Assembly: GCA_963976765.1 (NCBI GenBank)
Contig: CAXBME010000027.1
Span: 62,001 to 119,793, forward strand
From: an uncultured Planctomycetaceae bacterium
GTDB taxonomy: Bacteria; Planctomycetota; Planctomycetia; Planctomycetales; Planctomycetaceae
Direction: 5' to 3'
Length of the DNA: 57,793 nucleotides
Shown: positions 20,269 to 30,943 of the stretch, piece after piece
Numbering within the stretch: position 1 is the stretch's first letter
How the letters are laid out: each line of letters begins with the position of its first letter
Translations under genes and position numbers: made by a program
The notes under the pieces: generated by a model
The model's database searches: none
The model's input: the letters and a program-made list of their open reading frames with translations, nothing else
What the model was told of the DNA's origin: nothing

Positions 20269-21684
20269 TTACATATTGAGCGCAAGCGCCTTGCACAGCG
20301 TTATCATATATGCGCTGACCCTGGCATCAGATGTAGCCAGTTGGATTTTGACGTCATAGAGTTGCTGCTCCGATTGCAGGACCTCCGAAAAGTCCGTCGC
20401 GCCAGTCTGGTAACGAATCCGCGATGCGCTGACAGTCCTTGAGGCGCTATCCGCCGCTTCCTGAAGGGAATGCCTTGTCCGATTCTCCTTGTTGATATTG
20501 GAGAGCGCGGTTTCCACTTCGCTCAGTGCCTCAAGGACGGTCTGTGTGTACGCATGGAACGCTTGCGCTTGCCTTGCTTCGGAAGCTCGTATCTGCCCTT
20601 CGATCCGCCCGAAATTGATCAACGGAGCGAACATAGACGCCCCAAGTGACCAGACACCACCGCCACCGGTAAGGCTGGTGCTTTGGATGCCGAACAGAGA
20701 CGACAGCGTTATTCTCGGGTACATTTCACTGATTGCGGCTCCCGTGAGCGCGGTGGCGGCGGCTAACGTGCGTTCGGCGCTTTGAATATCGGGCCTTCTT
20801 CTGATGACTTCCACTGGCGAATCCAGGACCACCAAGGCTTGAGCGACCGGCACGGGTTTCACCTCCCTGAGCTCAGCATGAATGGCGCCAGGCACTTCCC
20901 CGAGAAGGGTAGAAAGACGATAGCCGGTTGCTTCCAGTTGCCGCTCAATTTCCGGGATGCGGGCAGTGGTGGTCTTCAGCAGGGTCAGCGATTGGCTGAC
21001 ATCGAAGTCGCTGACTGTTCCTCCCTCTTTCTTCGCGCGCGTGATTTCATGAAGCTTCCGTTGGGAATTGACGGTCTTGCGGGTCAAGTCGAGCAGGTGC
21101 TGGAACTGCCGGAAGGCAATGTATTCACTGGCAACTTCCGCCACCAGCGTCACGCCGATATGCCTGTACCCCGCCTCGCTTGCCTCAACATCGGCGTCCG
21201 CCGCTTCCGCCCGGCGCTGGTTGCCGCCGAAGAAATCCACCTCGTAGGACGCGTCGAAGCCCAGCCGGTAAAGTGACGCCGGACTTTCTGTCGGCACTCC
21301 GAAGTTATTGCCGCGGCTGGCCGCGCCGGTGGCTCCCACCTGCGGATAGAGGGCCGATGCGGTGGTCTGCCGGATGGCACGGGCTTCCAGCACTCGGGCT
21401 TCCGCGACTCTTCGGTTGTGGTTGTTTGTAAGCGCTCGATCTATAAGTCCTGAAAGGGTTTCGTCCTGAAAGCCGCTCCACCAGGGCTGCACATCCTCAA
21501 TTGCTGCGCTATTGCCCTCGGCCACCTGTGACGGCAGTGTGTGTGCTTCGGAAGCATGCCAAAGCCTCGGCGTTTCAACTGCTGGCCTACTGTAGTTCTC
21601 ACCGGCGGCGCAACCTGTAACTAACACGCTAACGGCGACAAGCGCGCTTAGGGGGCACAGTGATGCTTGTGGTGTGTTTGTCAT
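20269..21684 (-). CDS. Outer membrane efflux lipoprotein (NodT family)
   Basis: Lipobox VTGC, YEVDFFG, RRPDIQSAE. Confidence 0.92.
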   Translation of the reverse strand: MTNTPQASLCPLSALVAVSVLVTGCAAGENYSRPAVETPRLWHASEAHTLPSQVAEGNSAAIEDVQPWWSGFQDETLSGLIDRALTNNHNRRVAEARVLEARAIRQTTASALYPQVGATGAASRGNNFGVPTESPASLYRLGFDASYEVDFFGGNQRRAEAADADVEASEAGYRHIGVTLVAEVASEYIAFRQFQHLLDLTRKTVNSQRKLHEITRAKKEGGTVSDFDVSQSLTLLKTTTARIPEIERQLEATGYRLSTLLGEVPGAIHAELREVKPVPVAQALVVLDSPVEVIRRRPDIQSAERTLAAATALTGAAISEMYPRITLSSLFGIQSTSLTGGGGVWSLGASMFAPLINFGRIEGQIRASEARQAQAFHAYTQTVLEALSEVETALSNINKENRTRHSLQEAADSASRTVSASRIRYQTGATDFSEVLQSEQQLYDVKIQLATSDARVSAYMITLCKALALNM

Positions 21685-21694
21685 ACGACTCCTT

Positions 21695-23230
21695 TCAATC
21701 CGCCATCATCGCGGGCATTTCTTCGTCTTCGCGCCGATGCGGATTACGCAGCAGGAACACCAATGGGATTGCGAGAATAACGACCCACATCATTAGGGCA
21801 AAATCATTGATGTATCCAATCGTCGCCGCTTGCCGGTTGATCTCGGCATCCAGCAACGTCAGGGCCGCCGTCATGTTGCCCATAGCCTGCGGCATGAAGT
21901 GCGTGGCAAGGCCGGTATTGTACGGCGTGATATGTTCTGCCAGATAGGAATGATTGGTCTGAATGCTTTTGCCGAGCAGTGTCACTACGATCGAAACACC
22001 AATGCTGCTGCCCATGTTTCGCATCAGACTGAACAGCCCTGCGGCCTCGGTGCGGTATTTAGCGTCAAGCGTAGCGAAGGCAATGGTGCTGAGCGGCACG
22101 AAAATGAAGCCGAGGCCCAGGCCTTGGGTAATGCCGCTGCGGATGATCCAGCTTTCGGGGACAAAGCTGCTGAATTGCGTCATCTCCCAAAGGGATACCG
22201 CCGTCAGCACGAGTCCCAGCAGAATCATCGGACGCGGGTCGATCTTTCCCGATAATTTGCCGACGAGCATCATGGCAATCATGGTTCCCAAACCGCGTGG
22301 AGCCATCAGTATGCCCACGTCGATGACCGGATACCCCATGAGGTTCTGCATGAAAGGCGGCAGCAGCGCCAGCGTTGCCAGAAGAATGATGCCGACGAAG
22401 AAGATGAACACCAGCGCGGTGACGTAGTTGCGGTCAAGGAACATCTCGGCACTGAGAAACGGATGCACGGCAAAGCGAGCATGAGCGAGGAACATCCAGA
22501 ACATACCAGCGCAAATACCCGAATAAAGGATGATCTCATTCGATGAGAACCAGTCCACCTGCTCGCCGCGGTCGAGTATCATCTGGATGGCGGCGATGGT
22601 CAGACTGAGGGTGAGAAAGCCGAACATATCGAATGGACGATTGTGCCGCTCGGCTTCGGGTAGGAAGGTTGAAATACCGGCAAACGACAGGAGGCCGACC
22701 GGCAAATTGATGAAAAAGACCCAGCGCCAGTCGTAGTATTCCGTCAGGTACCCGCCAAGCGTCGGACCCAGAATGGGGCCGATCATGACGCCCACGCCCC
22801 ACATCGCCATCGCCGAGCCGTGCTTCTCCTTTGGATTGATGTCCAGAAGCACTGCCTGCGATATAGGCACCAGCGCGGCGCCGAAGGCGCCCTGGAGCAG
22901 CCGAAAAACCACCATCTCGCCGATCGATGTCGCGACGCCGCATAAGATGGAAGCCAGGGTGAACCCTGCAATCGCCACGAGAAAAATTGTTTTTCGGCCG
23001 AACCGCCCCGCCAGCCAGCCGGTCGGAAGCGTCATGATGGCGGAGGCAACAATGTAGGAAGTCAGCACCCAGGTGATCTGATCCTGCGTCGCCGAAAGGC
23101 TGCCCTGCATGTGCGGGAGCGCGACGTTGGCAATCGTCGTGTCCAGTACCTGCATGACGGTGGCCAGCATCACCGAGACGGTAATCATGGTCTTATGCGC
23201 CACTGGCGGGTGTGGCCGTGCGGTGGACAT
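21695..23230 (-). CDS. emrB: DHA2 MFS efflux permease (EmrB/QacA)
   Basis: LDTTIANVALPHMQG, WVLTSY, GPILGPTLGG, WRWVFFINLP. Confidence 0.95.
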   Translation of the reverse strand: MSTARPHPPVAHKTMITVSVMLATVMQVLDTTIANVALPHMQGSLSATQDQITWVLTSYIVASAIMTLPTGWLAGRFGRKTIFLVAIAGFTLASILCGVATSIGEMVVFRLLQGAFGAALVPISQAVLLDINPKEKHGSAMAMWGVGVMIGPILGPTLGGYLTEYYDWRWVFFINLPVGLLSFAGISTFLPEAERHNRPFDMFGFLTLSLTIAAIQMILDRGEQVDWFSSNEIILYSGICAGMFWMFLAHARFAVHPFLSAEMFLDRNYVTALVFIFFVGIILLATLALLPPFMQNLMGYPVIDVGILMAPRGLGTMIAMMLVGKLSGKIDPRPMILLGLVLTAVSLWEMTQFSSFVPESWIIRSGITQGLGLGFIFVPLSTIAFATLDAKYRTEAAGLFSLMRNMGSSIGVSIVVTLLGKSIQTNHSYLAEHITPYNTGLATHFMPQAMGNMTAALTLLDAEINRQAATIGYINDFALMMWVVILAIPLVFLLRNPHRREDEEMPAMMAD

Positions 23231-23234
23231 GGCC

Positions 23235-24320
23235 TTACTCCCTTTCGTCCGCGCGGAGGCCGAGGAGTCGATCGAGACGGTTGGCTTCCGTGTCAATCGT
23301 GACCGTCGTGCTCATGCCCGCTGCCAGGGGCGGCTTGCTGTCATTGTCCTCCTCCATCTGCAAGCGCACCATAATGCGCTGAACCACTTTTACCCAGTTG
23401 CCCGAACTGTTCTGGGGCGGCAAAATGGAGAACTCCGCGCCGGTGGCGGGCGTGACGCTCACCACCCTCGCAAGCCATTTCGTGCCGGGATAGGTGTCGA
23501 CCTCGATTGCGGCAGTTTGTCCCCGTCGTACATGGGTCAAGTCCGTTTCTTTGAAATTCGCCTCCACCCACGGAGCATCGTCGTTGACAAGCGTGAACAG
23601 GGGAAGACCAGCGGCCACGTACTCTCCAGGTTCCATTCTCACATTTGCGGCAATGCCATCCGACGGCGCTACTACTTTGACGCGTGACAGATCGAGGCGC
23701 GCCTTGTCGAGGTCGGCCTTCGACTGCTTGAATCGTGGATGGTCCTCCGTGGCTACGTCGGGATTGCCCCCCAGTTTTGCCTTAACAGCTTCGACCTCGT
23801 GCTTGGCGGCGTCGCGCTCATCGACGGACGCATTGAATTCGTGGTAGGCTCGATCGAGTTGTTCTTTCGAGATGGCTTCTCTGGCGACCAGATCTTTGTA
23901 CCGCATGTATTCCGTCTGACGGTATCTGACGCTCTCTTCGGCCTTTGCCAGGCTCGCCTGTTTCTGCAGATACTCGGCGCGCATGCTGTCAATGTCGTCG
24001 CGCACGCCATACAGGTGCGCCTCGGCGCGCATTGCGGCAATCTGAAAGGGCTCAGGGTCTAGCTGGAACAATTCGTCGCCCCGGGCAACAGGTGCATTAT
24101 CCCGTACGCGTACCTCGGCAACGGTGCCTGACACTTCCGAACCGATCGCTGTCATTGATAAGCGGACATAGGCGTTATCGGTAGACACATAGCGGCCACC
24201 GAACAGGTAGAACACGATACCGACAAGAGTCAGAACTGCCGGACCGATCAGCAAGATGGCCGTCTTAGTTCGAAGTGGACGTCCACTCTGTTTCCATTTG
24301 CGTTTTCTATGCTCAGTCAC
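23235..24320 (-). CDS. emrA: EmrA-type membrane fusion protein
   Basis: STDNAYV, EANFKET, PPQNSSGNWVKVVQR. Confidence 0.95.
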   Translation of the reverse strand: MTEHRKRKWKQSGRPLRTKTAILLIGPAVLTLVGIVFYLFGGRYVSTDNAYVRLSMTAIGSEVSGTVAEVRVRDNAPVARGDELFQLDPEPFQIAAMRAEAHLYGVRDDIDSMRAEYLQKQASLAKAEESVRYRQTEYMRYKDLVAREAISKEQLDRAYHEFNASVDERDAAKHEVEAVKAKLGGNPDVATEDHPRFKQSKADLDKARLDLSRVKVVAPSDGIAANVRMEPGEYVAAGLPLFTLVNDDAPWVEANFKETDLTHVRRGQTAAIEVDTYPGTKWLARVVSVTPATGAEFSILPPQNSSGNWVKVVQRIMVRLQMEEDNDSKPPLAAGMSTTVTIDTEANRLDRLLGLRADERE

Positions 24321-24792
24321 GTGTTGTCCTATTGTGTCCTTGCTTTATCTTTGGCGTCGATGGGATTCCGGCAACATTGGCGCGAATACGGAGCAGAGTC
24401 TCCATGAAGTGCATGCGATCCTCTGTTGGGATGCCAGACAACGCTTCCTCACGCACTTCCTTCCCAAGATCGCGCAGGCGATTCAGGATAGGCGTGACCT
24501 CGCGGGTGAGATAAACGCGGTTGGCCCTTCTATCCTTGGGGTCGCAGCGGCGTTCCACGTACCCTTTCTTCACGAGACGATCGATGAGCCGTGTAAGGGA
24601 AATAGGCTGCATTTCCAATAGGGTGGCCAGATCTGCCTGTCGAATGCCGTCCTGTCTCCGCAGATGCACCAACACTGACCATTGCGCGCGCGTCAAGCCG
24701 AGAGGCTGTGCCCGACGGTCAAAGCGACTACGCAACAGCCGTGCAATATCATGTATGACGAATCCAAAGCCTTGAAGAGAGTCATCCTGCAT
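24313..24792 (-). CDS. MarR/SlyA family regulator
   Basis: GLTRAQW, QADLA, LTRLIDRL, DRRANRVYLT. Confidence 0.93.
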   Translation of the reverse strand: MQDDSLQGFGFVIHDIARLLRSRFDRRAQPLGLTRAQWSVLVHLRRQDGIRQADLATLLEMQPISLTRLIDRLVKKGYVERRCDPKDRRANRVYLTREVTPILNRLRDLGKEVREEALSGIPTEDRMHFMETLLRIRANVAGIPSTPKIKQGHNRTTRD

Positions 24793-24905
24793 ATGAAGAC
24801 CAAATACCTATTGCATGTCGAATCGCAACGCCTCTGGCAGAACCCCATCATGATGAAAAGTCTCCGGAGAGCACGTAGTAATAGTGAGTGTATCGAATAA
24901 ATACG

Positions 24906-24921
24906 TTAGCTTATAATAAGC
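24906..24921. promoter_or_regulatory. Candidate MarR operator
   Basis: AT-rich near-palindrome GCTTATAATAAGC (24909-24921) upstream of marR. Confidence 0.4.
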
Positions 24922-25159
24922 ATGGCAGGGAATATGACGGATGTAAAGAAAAAAGCGATGGTACAGTGCGACGCGACGGGCATGCGGCCTGTAGACGCAT
25001 TGGTGAACTCGCCCGATACGAGGAGCGGCGCTGTCTCTGCGGCTACGAAATGCGCCGCGCGCATGATGGGCCGCAGGAGGGTGGTTGTGTCGCACTCAGG
25101 CACGTTGACAGGTTGTTCCCGTCGGCTAGTGGGGCAGGCGAACTGGGGCCTCTGGTCCC

Positions 25160-25187
25160 GCCCCCCGGATGGTGGCCGGGGGGGCAG
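25160..25187 (-). terminator. GC-rich hairpin downstream of the helicase gene
   Basis: GCCCCCCGG...CCGGGGGGGC stem; no clear U-tract. Confidence 0.45.
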
Positions 25188-25220
25188 GTAGCGGGTCACC
25201 CGTGCCGATGCGGCCGCCGA

Positions 25221-28200
25221 TCAGCCGGGGCTGTGACCTTCGCCGTCGGATTTCCGCCGGCGTTCCAACTCGATGCGTTCCTGGAACGTCCTCGGCGGGC
25301 TGCCGTTCTCGGCCTGGCCTGCGGGTGAATTCTCCTCCGTGTGCTGCACCTCGGCGGCTTCTTGCTGCCGCCGGCGGATGCGGGCGGTGATGGGTTCCTC
25401 GGCAACGGCTTGCTTGCGCTGGACGCGCTGCGGCGCGGCCTCGATGGTGTTGGCGGCTTTGAGCGTCTTGATGCGACCGGCCAGTTCCGACACGCTCGGC
25501 CATTTCTGGTCTTCCGGCTCATGGTTGCCTGCGGAGAGTCCGGCCTTGAGCTGGTCGCGCAGCCCGGTCAGTTCCGACAGATACGCCTCGTGTGGGAACG
25601 GCTGCCCCAGCCGGGCCTGATAGTCGCGTAGCTGGGATTCGGCGATGGAGAGGTCTTGCTGGACACGGACGGTCTCGGCGGCGTAGCCGCTTGCAATGCG
25701 TTCCAAAGCGTTGAGGACGGCTCGTGGCCCCTGATGTTCTTTGGAAAGGCCGGATGTGCGGGTGATCACGCCTTCCAGGTACACGTCCGGCGGGAAGTTC
25801 GGATGGACGATCACGCCGAAGGCCAGGCCACGATAGGTGCCGATGGGAACCCGCGTCGGCTCTCGCACGGAAAACGGCAACGCTTCCAACTTCTTACCCA
25901 GTACAGCGGCGACATCATCGTGTGCCAGCGGGTGCTTGCCGATGGTGATGAGATCGCCTTCATGCTGTTTGATGGTTGCCTCGTCGGTGGTCAGTTTCGC
26001 CAATCTGTCGTTCTGCACACTGATGAAATCTGGTAAGTCACGAACCTTGCGGCGGGCGACGTATTGTTCGTCGAGATGGTTCTTCTTGAGGAGCGTCAGT
26101 CGCTGCAATTCAGCGTCGGCTTCGGCGAGCGTCAGCACCGCCGGGTTGCCGGAGGCAATTGCCTTGACTTCGGCATAGGAGAGTTCCTGGCTGCCGATGT
26201 CCTCGGCGCGGCGGGCGGCGTTATCGCCGGTGATGACCTGGCCGATGAACCGTGCTTTGGTTTCGAGCGCCTGCCACATATAGGCGTCGAAGCTGCCTTC
26301 GGTGACGTAGCGATAAATCGCCACTTCCTTGTTCTCATTGCCCTGCCGCAGGATGCGGCCGTCGCGCTGCTCGACTTCCGCTGGCTTCCACGGGGCGTCG
26401 AGGTGATGCAGCGCGACCAGCCGCTTCTGGACGTTGGTGCCGGTGCCCATTTTCTGCGTGCTGCCGATCAGCACTCGCACCGATCCCTGGCGAACCTTCT
26501 CGAACAGAGCCTGCTTCTTGGCATCGGATTCTGCGTCACCGATACAGGCAATCTGATGACGCGGGATGCCGTGGGCAACCAGCTTGTCGATAATCTCGCT
26601 GTAGGGCGAGTAGCCCCACTGCGTCGGGTTCACACCCATGTCGGCGAAAACCATCTGCGTGCCGCGCGTCGCGGCAGTGTCTTTCCAGGTGGCGACGACA
26701 TTCTCAACGAGGCGATTTATCTTTGATTCGGGGAAGTCTGGTGCCGTGGCCGAGAGCATCCGGGCATCGGTCGCCAGCTTGCGGCCGTCGGTGGTGATCG
26801 CCAGCGCGTTGTCCACGCGGGGATCAACCTTCTGAGAACGGAGCCGTTCGTAGCGTTCGACCAGTTCCTGTTGCAGTTCGTGCTGCTCGTCGGACATCGG
26901 GCAGGCGACGACAATCGGCTTGCCGCCTTTGAGTCTGGGGCGCGGCAGGTTCAACATCTCGGCGGTCTGCACATCCGAGAATGCCCGGAACATTTGCTGG
27001 AGTTCCGGCAGGTTGGTGAACTTCGCAAAACGCGAACGCTGGCGTAGCCCGCCGCCGTCGGGAGAGATTTCCATCGTGTCCACGACTTCGCCGAACGTGG
27101 CCGCCCAGGCGTCGAAATGTTCAATGCCCCGGCTTCGCAGGCCACGCGGATCAAGGAACCGTTGCATCGTGTACATCTCGACCATCGTGTTGCTGATCGG
27201 GGTGCCGGTGGCGAAGGTGACGCCGTGGCCGGGATGCTGCTCGTCGAGGTAGCGGGCCTTCATGAAGACATCGAAGGCACGTTCGGAACCGCCGGTCTGG
27301 ATACCGGCGACACGCTCCATCTTGGTCGGCGTCTCCAGGTTCTTGAAATAATGGGCTTCATCAATGAAGACGTGATCGACGCCCAGTTCGTCGAAGACCA
27401 GGCCATCATCCTTCTTGTCGCCGGCCAGCAGGTTCTTCAGCTTCTCGGCTCTCGCGGCTTTCTGTTTTTCGATGGTTTTGATGAGATTGCGGTTCGATCC
27501 CCGGTCGGCGGCGTGTTCGATCAGGAGCTGGTCATACTCGGCGATCTGCTCGCGGAGGAACTGTTCCTGGTAGTCCTTCGACATGCCAATTCGCTCGAAC
27601 GATGAATGCGTGACGACGATGCCATCCCATTCACCGCTGGCGATCTTGGCCGTCAGCATCTTGCGGCGATCCTTGGACAAGTCTTCCTTGCTGGCAACCA
27701 GCAGCTTGGTGTTGGGGTAGAGCTGCATGAACTCGCGGGCGAACTGCTCCAACAGATGGTTCGGAACCACGTACATGGGCTTGTGGATTAGCCCGGCCTG
27801 CTTCATTTTCATGCCGGTGGCCGCCATTGTGAACGTCTTGCCCGCGCCGACGACGTGGGCCAGAAGCGTGTTGCCGCTGCTCATCCCTCGCCAGACAGCG
27901 TCTTTCTGGTGTTGGCGCAGATTCAGGGCTTGGTTCATACCTGGGAAGTCGAGGTGCGAGCCGTCGAACTGGCGAAGACGCAAATTGTTGAAGTTGTCGT
28001 TGTACAGACGGACAAGCCGCTCGGTGCGATCGGGATCGGCAAACACCCAGGCGCGGAAGCGTTCCTTGATGAGCTTCTGCTTCTCGCGGGCGGCCATCGT
28101 CTCTTCCTGATTCACCACGCGCTCCTCGCGGTCACCGTTCTGGATCGTGTCGTAGATGGTGGGCGACTTCATGTTGAGCGCCAGTTCCAGCAGCCATGTG

Positions 28201-30359
28201 CCGTTCGCTCGCGCCGTGCCGAACTCGGATGTGGCCGCGACCGACGCTTTGGCGGCATAACCCGCATCCAGGTTCCAAACCGCGTCTTTCTTCAGATGGG
28301 CGACGGGCACCGCGCTTGGCTCGACTTTGAACAGGTCGGCGGCGAATGCCTGAATGTCGGATTCCGGTATCCACGGCGCGCCGAGATTGGCGTCGATGTC
28401 GCCGGGCAGCACGTCTTCGGGCTGTACGTCGCGTAATGCGCTGACGTTGCGGGCATATTGGGAACCGGTGCGTTCGGCGGCAGCGAGCTTGTCGCGAACA
28501 TTGCCGGAGAGGTAGGCATCGGCCGTTTCCCACTTGCCGGTGTCCGGATCTTGGAAGATCAGGTCGCCCAGTTCTTCGATGACCTGGGTTTCGGGCTTAC
28601 CATAGAGTTGGGCGATGTAATCGAGATAGACGCTGCCATGTTGGTTCAGCGACACCAGTAAGCCTTCCTCAGCACTGCGGACCTGAATGATGGGCTGCGC
28701 TCTGCCCACCACGTCCCGCGACATGATGGCCGCTTTCGTCGCCTTGCCGGTCGTCTCGTCATAGTCCTCCAGAGACATGACGAGCATGGCGTCCGGGTCT
28801 TCCTTGAACTTGACCAGGTTCGGCATCCGGCGAATGGTCGTGCCGTCTTTGGTTTGGCCGAAGGTGGTCTTGTTGATCGGGCCGTAGGCGGCGACGAACC
28901 GGTCATAAGTGCGGTTGAGGTCACGGCGGGCTTGCTCGCGGTGCTGGTCAGGCCAGCCTTCGTTTTGTGATTGCAGCACGCGGCGGGCCTTGTCCCGCAA
29001 CTCGATCAGGGCAGCGAGCCGCTTGCCGGTCATCGTGCCGTCGGATTTAAGCTGGATGCCGCTATAAACGACGGGCACGCCCTGGCCGCCGTCAATCTGA
29101 TAGATGATTCGGTCGTCACCGATGAAGAAGCTGCCTTCACCGATATGCCGCTCCGGTGGCGGCGGGATAAAGGCCGGTGCCGCTGGTTCCTCGGATTTCG
29201 CTGACCGGAGAGGATCGAATTTCGGAAGGTTTTCAATGGCTTGCTTGAGTTGCTGAGCCAGGTCGCCGTTACTCTTCAGGCTGTAACCTTCGCCGCCATA
29301 GAGCGTGTCTTTCGTGGTCCAGTTTCCCAGCACCATCTCAGGATGGTTCAGGAAGTAGCGGTTGACCGGGACTTCGACACCTTCGATGGAAAGAGGAGAA
29401 ACTGAGAGCCATGTATCGTCCACATGATTGGCTACCGCCCCAGGCGGTCGCTTACGAAGGAAAACGATGTCCGTGACAACGGCTGTGCCTTCGCGTTTGA
29501 AGGCATCCGAGGGGAGGCGGATCGCGCCGACGAAGTCGGCTTTGCCCGCTAGGTACTCACGGATCGCGGCGTTCTGTTTGTCGAGCGTGTAGTGCGATGT
29601 GACGAGTGCCAGCACACCGCCGGGCTTCAGAGCGTCCACGGACTTGGCAAAGAAGTAGTCGTGCAGGGAGAACTTCTGGCCGTGATGGTCGAGCCTGAGA
29701 TTTGAGAACGGCACGTTGCCGATCACCGCGTCGATACCCGCTTGGGGTAACTTCGTGTCACGGAAGCTCTCGATGCGGATGTCGGCCTGCGGATGGATAG
29801 CCCTGGCAATACGCCCGGAGATGGAGTCGAGTTCAACGCCGATAAACCGCTGGCCTGGCTCTCCGTGCCCCATGAAATTGCCGATCCCGCAACCGGGTTC
29901 CAGGATCGTCGCGTCCGATGCGATACCCAGCCTGCGTATGGCATCATGGATACCCCCGATGACAGTGGGCGAGGTGTAGAAGGCATTGAATGTTGTGCGC
30001 TTGGCGCTGTCGTATTCGTCTGGGGTGAGGAGCGATTTGAGTTCCTCCCCCAGTACCTGCCAGCCGGAGTCCTTGTAACGCCCGCTGACGGGTTCGGGAA
30101 AAATCGAAAGGGCGACCGGGCCGAAGCCGGAGAAGCGGGCAAGTCTCTGTTTTTCATCGGGAGTTGCCGGGCGTTGCTCTTGTTCAATGGCTTTGAGCGT
30201 GCGGATCGCGGCGATGATGTCGCGGGCCTTGGTCTTCTCGCCGCTGGCCATTCCGGCGGGTGCAGACGGGAGTTGATCGCGGGCACGGTGAAGCGAGTTG
30301 GTCAGGTCGAGTTTGCGGGCAGGGATTTCGAGTTGCTGGCTGAGTGGTAGGGCTTCCAT
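25221..30359 (-). CDS. DarB-like DNA methyltransferase / SNF2-type helicase fusion
   Basis: MTase motifs LEPGCGIGNF and GNVPF; helicase VGAGKT, DEAH, QRDGRILRQG. Frame is open to 31109, but the best RBS (AAGGAG) precedes ATG 30359. Confidence 0.9.
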   Translation of the reverse strand: MEALPLSQQLEIPARKLDLTNSLHRARDQLPSAPAGMASGEKTKARDIIAAIRTLKAIEQEQRPATPDEKQRLARFSGFGPVALSIFPEPVSGRYKDSGWQVLGEELKSLLTPDEYDSAKRTTFNAFYTSPTVIGGIHDAIRRLGIASDATILEPGCGIGNFMGHGEPGQRFIGVELDSISGRIARAIHPQADIRIESFRDTKLPQAGIDAVIGNVPFSNLRLDHHGQKFSLHDYFFAKSVDALKPGGVLALVTSHYTLDKQNAAIREYLAGKADFVGAIRLPSDAFKREGTAVVTDIVFLRKRPPGAVANHVDDTWLSVSPLSIEGVEVPVNRYFLNHPEMVLGNWTTKDTLYGGEGYSLKSNGDLAQQLKQAIENLPKFDPLRSAKSEEPAAPAFIPPPPERHIGEGSFFIGDDRIIYQIDGGQGVPVVYSGIQLKSDGTMTGKRLAALIELRDKARRVLQSQNEGWPDQHREQARRDLNRTYDRFVAAYGPINKTTFGQTKDGTTIRRMPNLVKFKEDPDAMLVMSLEDYDETTGKATKAAIMSRDVVGRAQPIIQVRSAEEGLLVSLNQHGSVYLDYIAQLYGKPETQVIEELGDLIFQDPDTGKWETADAYLSGNVRDKLAAAERTGSQYARNVSALRDVQPEDVLPGDIDANLGAPWIPESDIQAFAADLFKVEPSAVPVAHLKKDAVWNLDAGYAAKASVAATSEFGTARANGTWLLELALNMKSPTIYDTIQNGDREERVVNQEETMAAREKQKLIKERFRAWVFADPDRTERLVRLYNDNFNNLRLRQFDGSHLDFPGMNQALNLRQHQKDAVWRGMSSGNTLLAHVVGAGKTFTMAATGMKMKQAGLIHKPMYVVPNHLLEQFAREFMQLYPNTKLLVASKEDLSKDRRKMLTAKIASGEWDGIVVTHSSFERIGMSKDYQEQFLREQIAEYDQLLIEHAADRGSNRNLIKTIEKQKAARAEKLKNLLAGDKKDDGLVFDELGVDHVFIDEAHYFKNLETPTKMERVAGIQTGGSERAFDVFMKARYLDEQHPGHGVTFATGTPISNTMVEMYTMQRFLDPRGLRSRGIEHFDAWAATFGEVVDTMEISPDGGGLRQRSRFAKFTNLPELQQMFRAFSDVQTAEMLNLPRPRLKGGKPIVVACPMSDEQHELQQELVERYERLRSQKVDPRVDNALAITTDGRKLATDARMLSATAPDFPESKINRLVENVVATWKDTAATRGTQMVFADMGVNPTQWGYSPYSEIIDKLVAHGIPRHQIACIGDAESDAKKQALFEKVRQGSVRVLIGSTQKMGTGTNVQKRLVALHHLDAPWKPAEVEQRDGRILRQGNENKEVAIYRYVTEGSFDAYMWQALETKARFIGQVITGDNAARRAEDIGSQELSYAEVKAIASGNPAVLTLAEADAELQRLTLLKKNHLDEQYVARRKVRDLPDFISVQNDRLAKLTTDEATIKQHEGDLITIGKHPLAHDDVAAVLGKKLEALPFSVREPTRVPIGTYRGLAFGVIVHPNFPPDVYLEGVITRTSGLSKEHQGPRAVLNALERIASGYAAETVRVQQDLSIAESQLRDYQARLGQPFPHEAYLSELTGLRDQLKAGLSAGNHEPEDQKWPSVSELAGRIKTLKAANTIEAAPQRVQRKQAVAEEPITARIRRRQQEAAEVQHTEENSPAGQAENGSPPRTFQERIELERRRKSDGEGHSPG

Positions 30360-30625
30360 TCCGTGGTCTCCTTCTGACGTTTCCGGCCCGCTGTCTGGGG
30401 CCTGACGGTCAGAAGAAAACCCAGCCGGAAGCCGGGGCTGCGTGTGCGCAGCGTCCGTGCCAGCGGAAACTGGGGGGAGACCTCCAGGGGGAACCGGGTT
30501 TCCGCTGGCGCGGCCCGGCGGGCTGGGTAACGTGCCGTCAGAAATCGCCCCAGGCGGGGCGGACGGCGGGGCGGGAGAGTCGCCGGAAGAGTCGAAATCG
30601 AACAGCGACCGCTGGCGGGAGGCTT

Positions 30626-30943
30626 TTACCCGCGACGCGAATGACTGCGGATGAACGCCATTGCCCCGTCGAGCGAGAGTTCCGCCGGTTCGTCCACTTC
30701 CGACTTGGTCGGTAAACGATCCTCCAGTTCCTTGATCGCCATCTCGAAGGCTTCCGAAGAGGTCTGCATCGGATCGCTGCCCGGATGGGCTTTGTGAAGT
30801 TGCTCCTGGAAGGCTTCGTGGCTGGCCTTCAGTTCCATTGCGTAGGCCTCGATTGTCGTCAGGAGTTTGCGTTCCCGGCGAAGCTGTTCGTGTAGCTCCG
30901 TTCTGTCCTGAAGCATCTCCATCACGATGGTCTTGTACTGCAT
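30626..30943 (-). CDS. Small helical protein (possibly TnpV-like) nested in the open helicase frame
   Basis: Strong RBS GAAGGAGG before ATG 30943; 105-aa amphipathic helical sequence. Confidence 0.7.
   Translation of the reverse strand: MQYKTIVMEMLQDRTELHEQLRRERKLLTTIEAYAMELKASHEAFQEQLHKAHPGSDPMQTSSEAFEMAIKELEDRLPTKSEVDEPAELSLDGAMAFIRSHSRRG

Noticed and set aside
24930..25150. Possible left boundary repeat or second oriT (TGTCGCAC also occurs at 39472)
   Set aside because: Match too short, and no second att core copy found here
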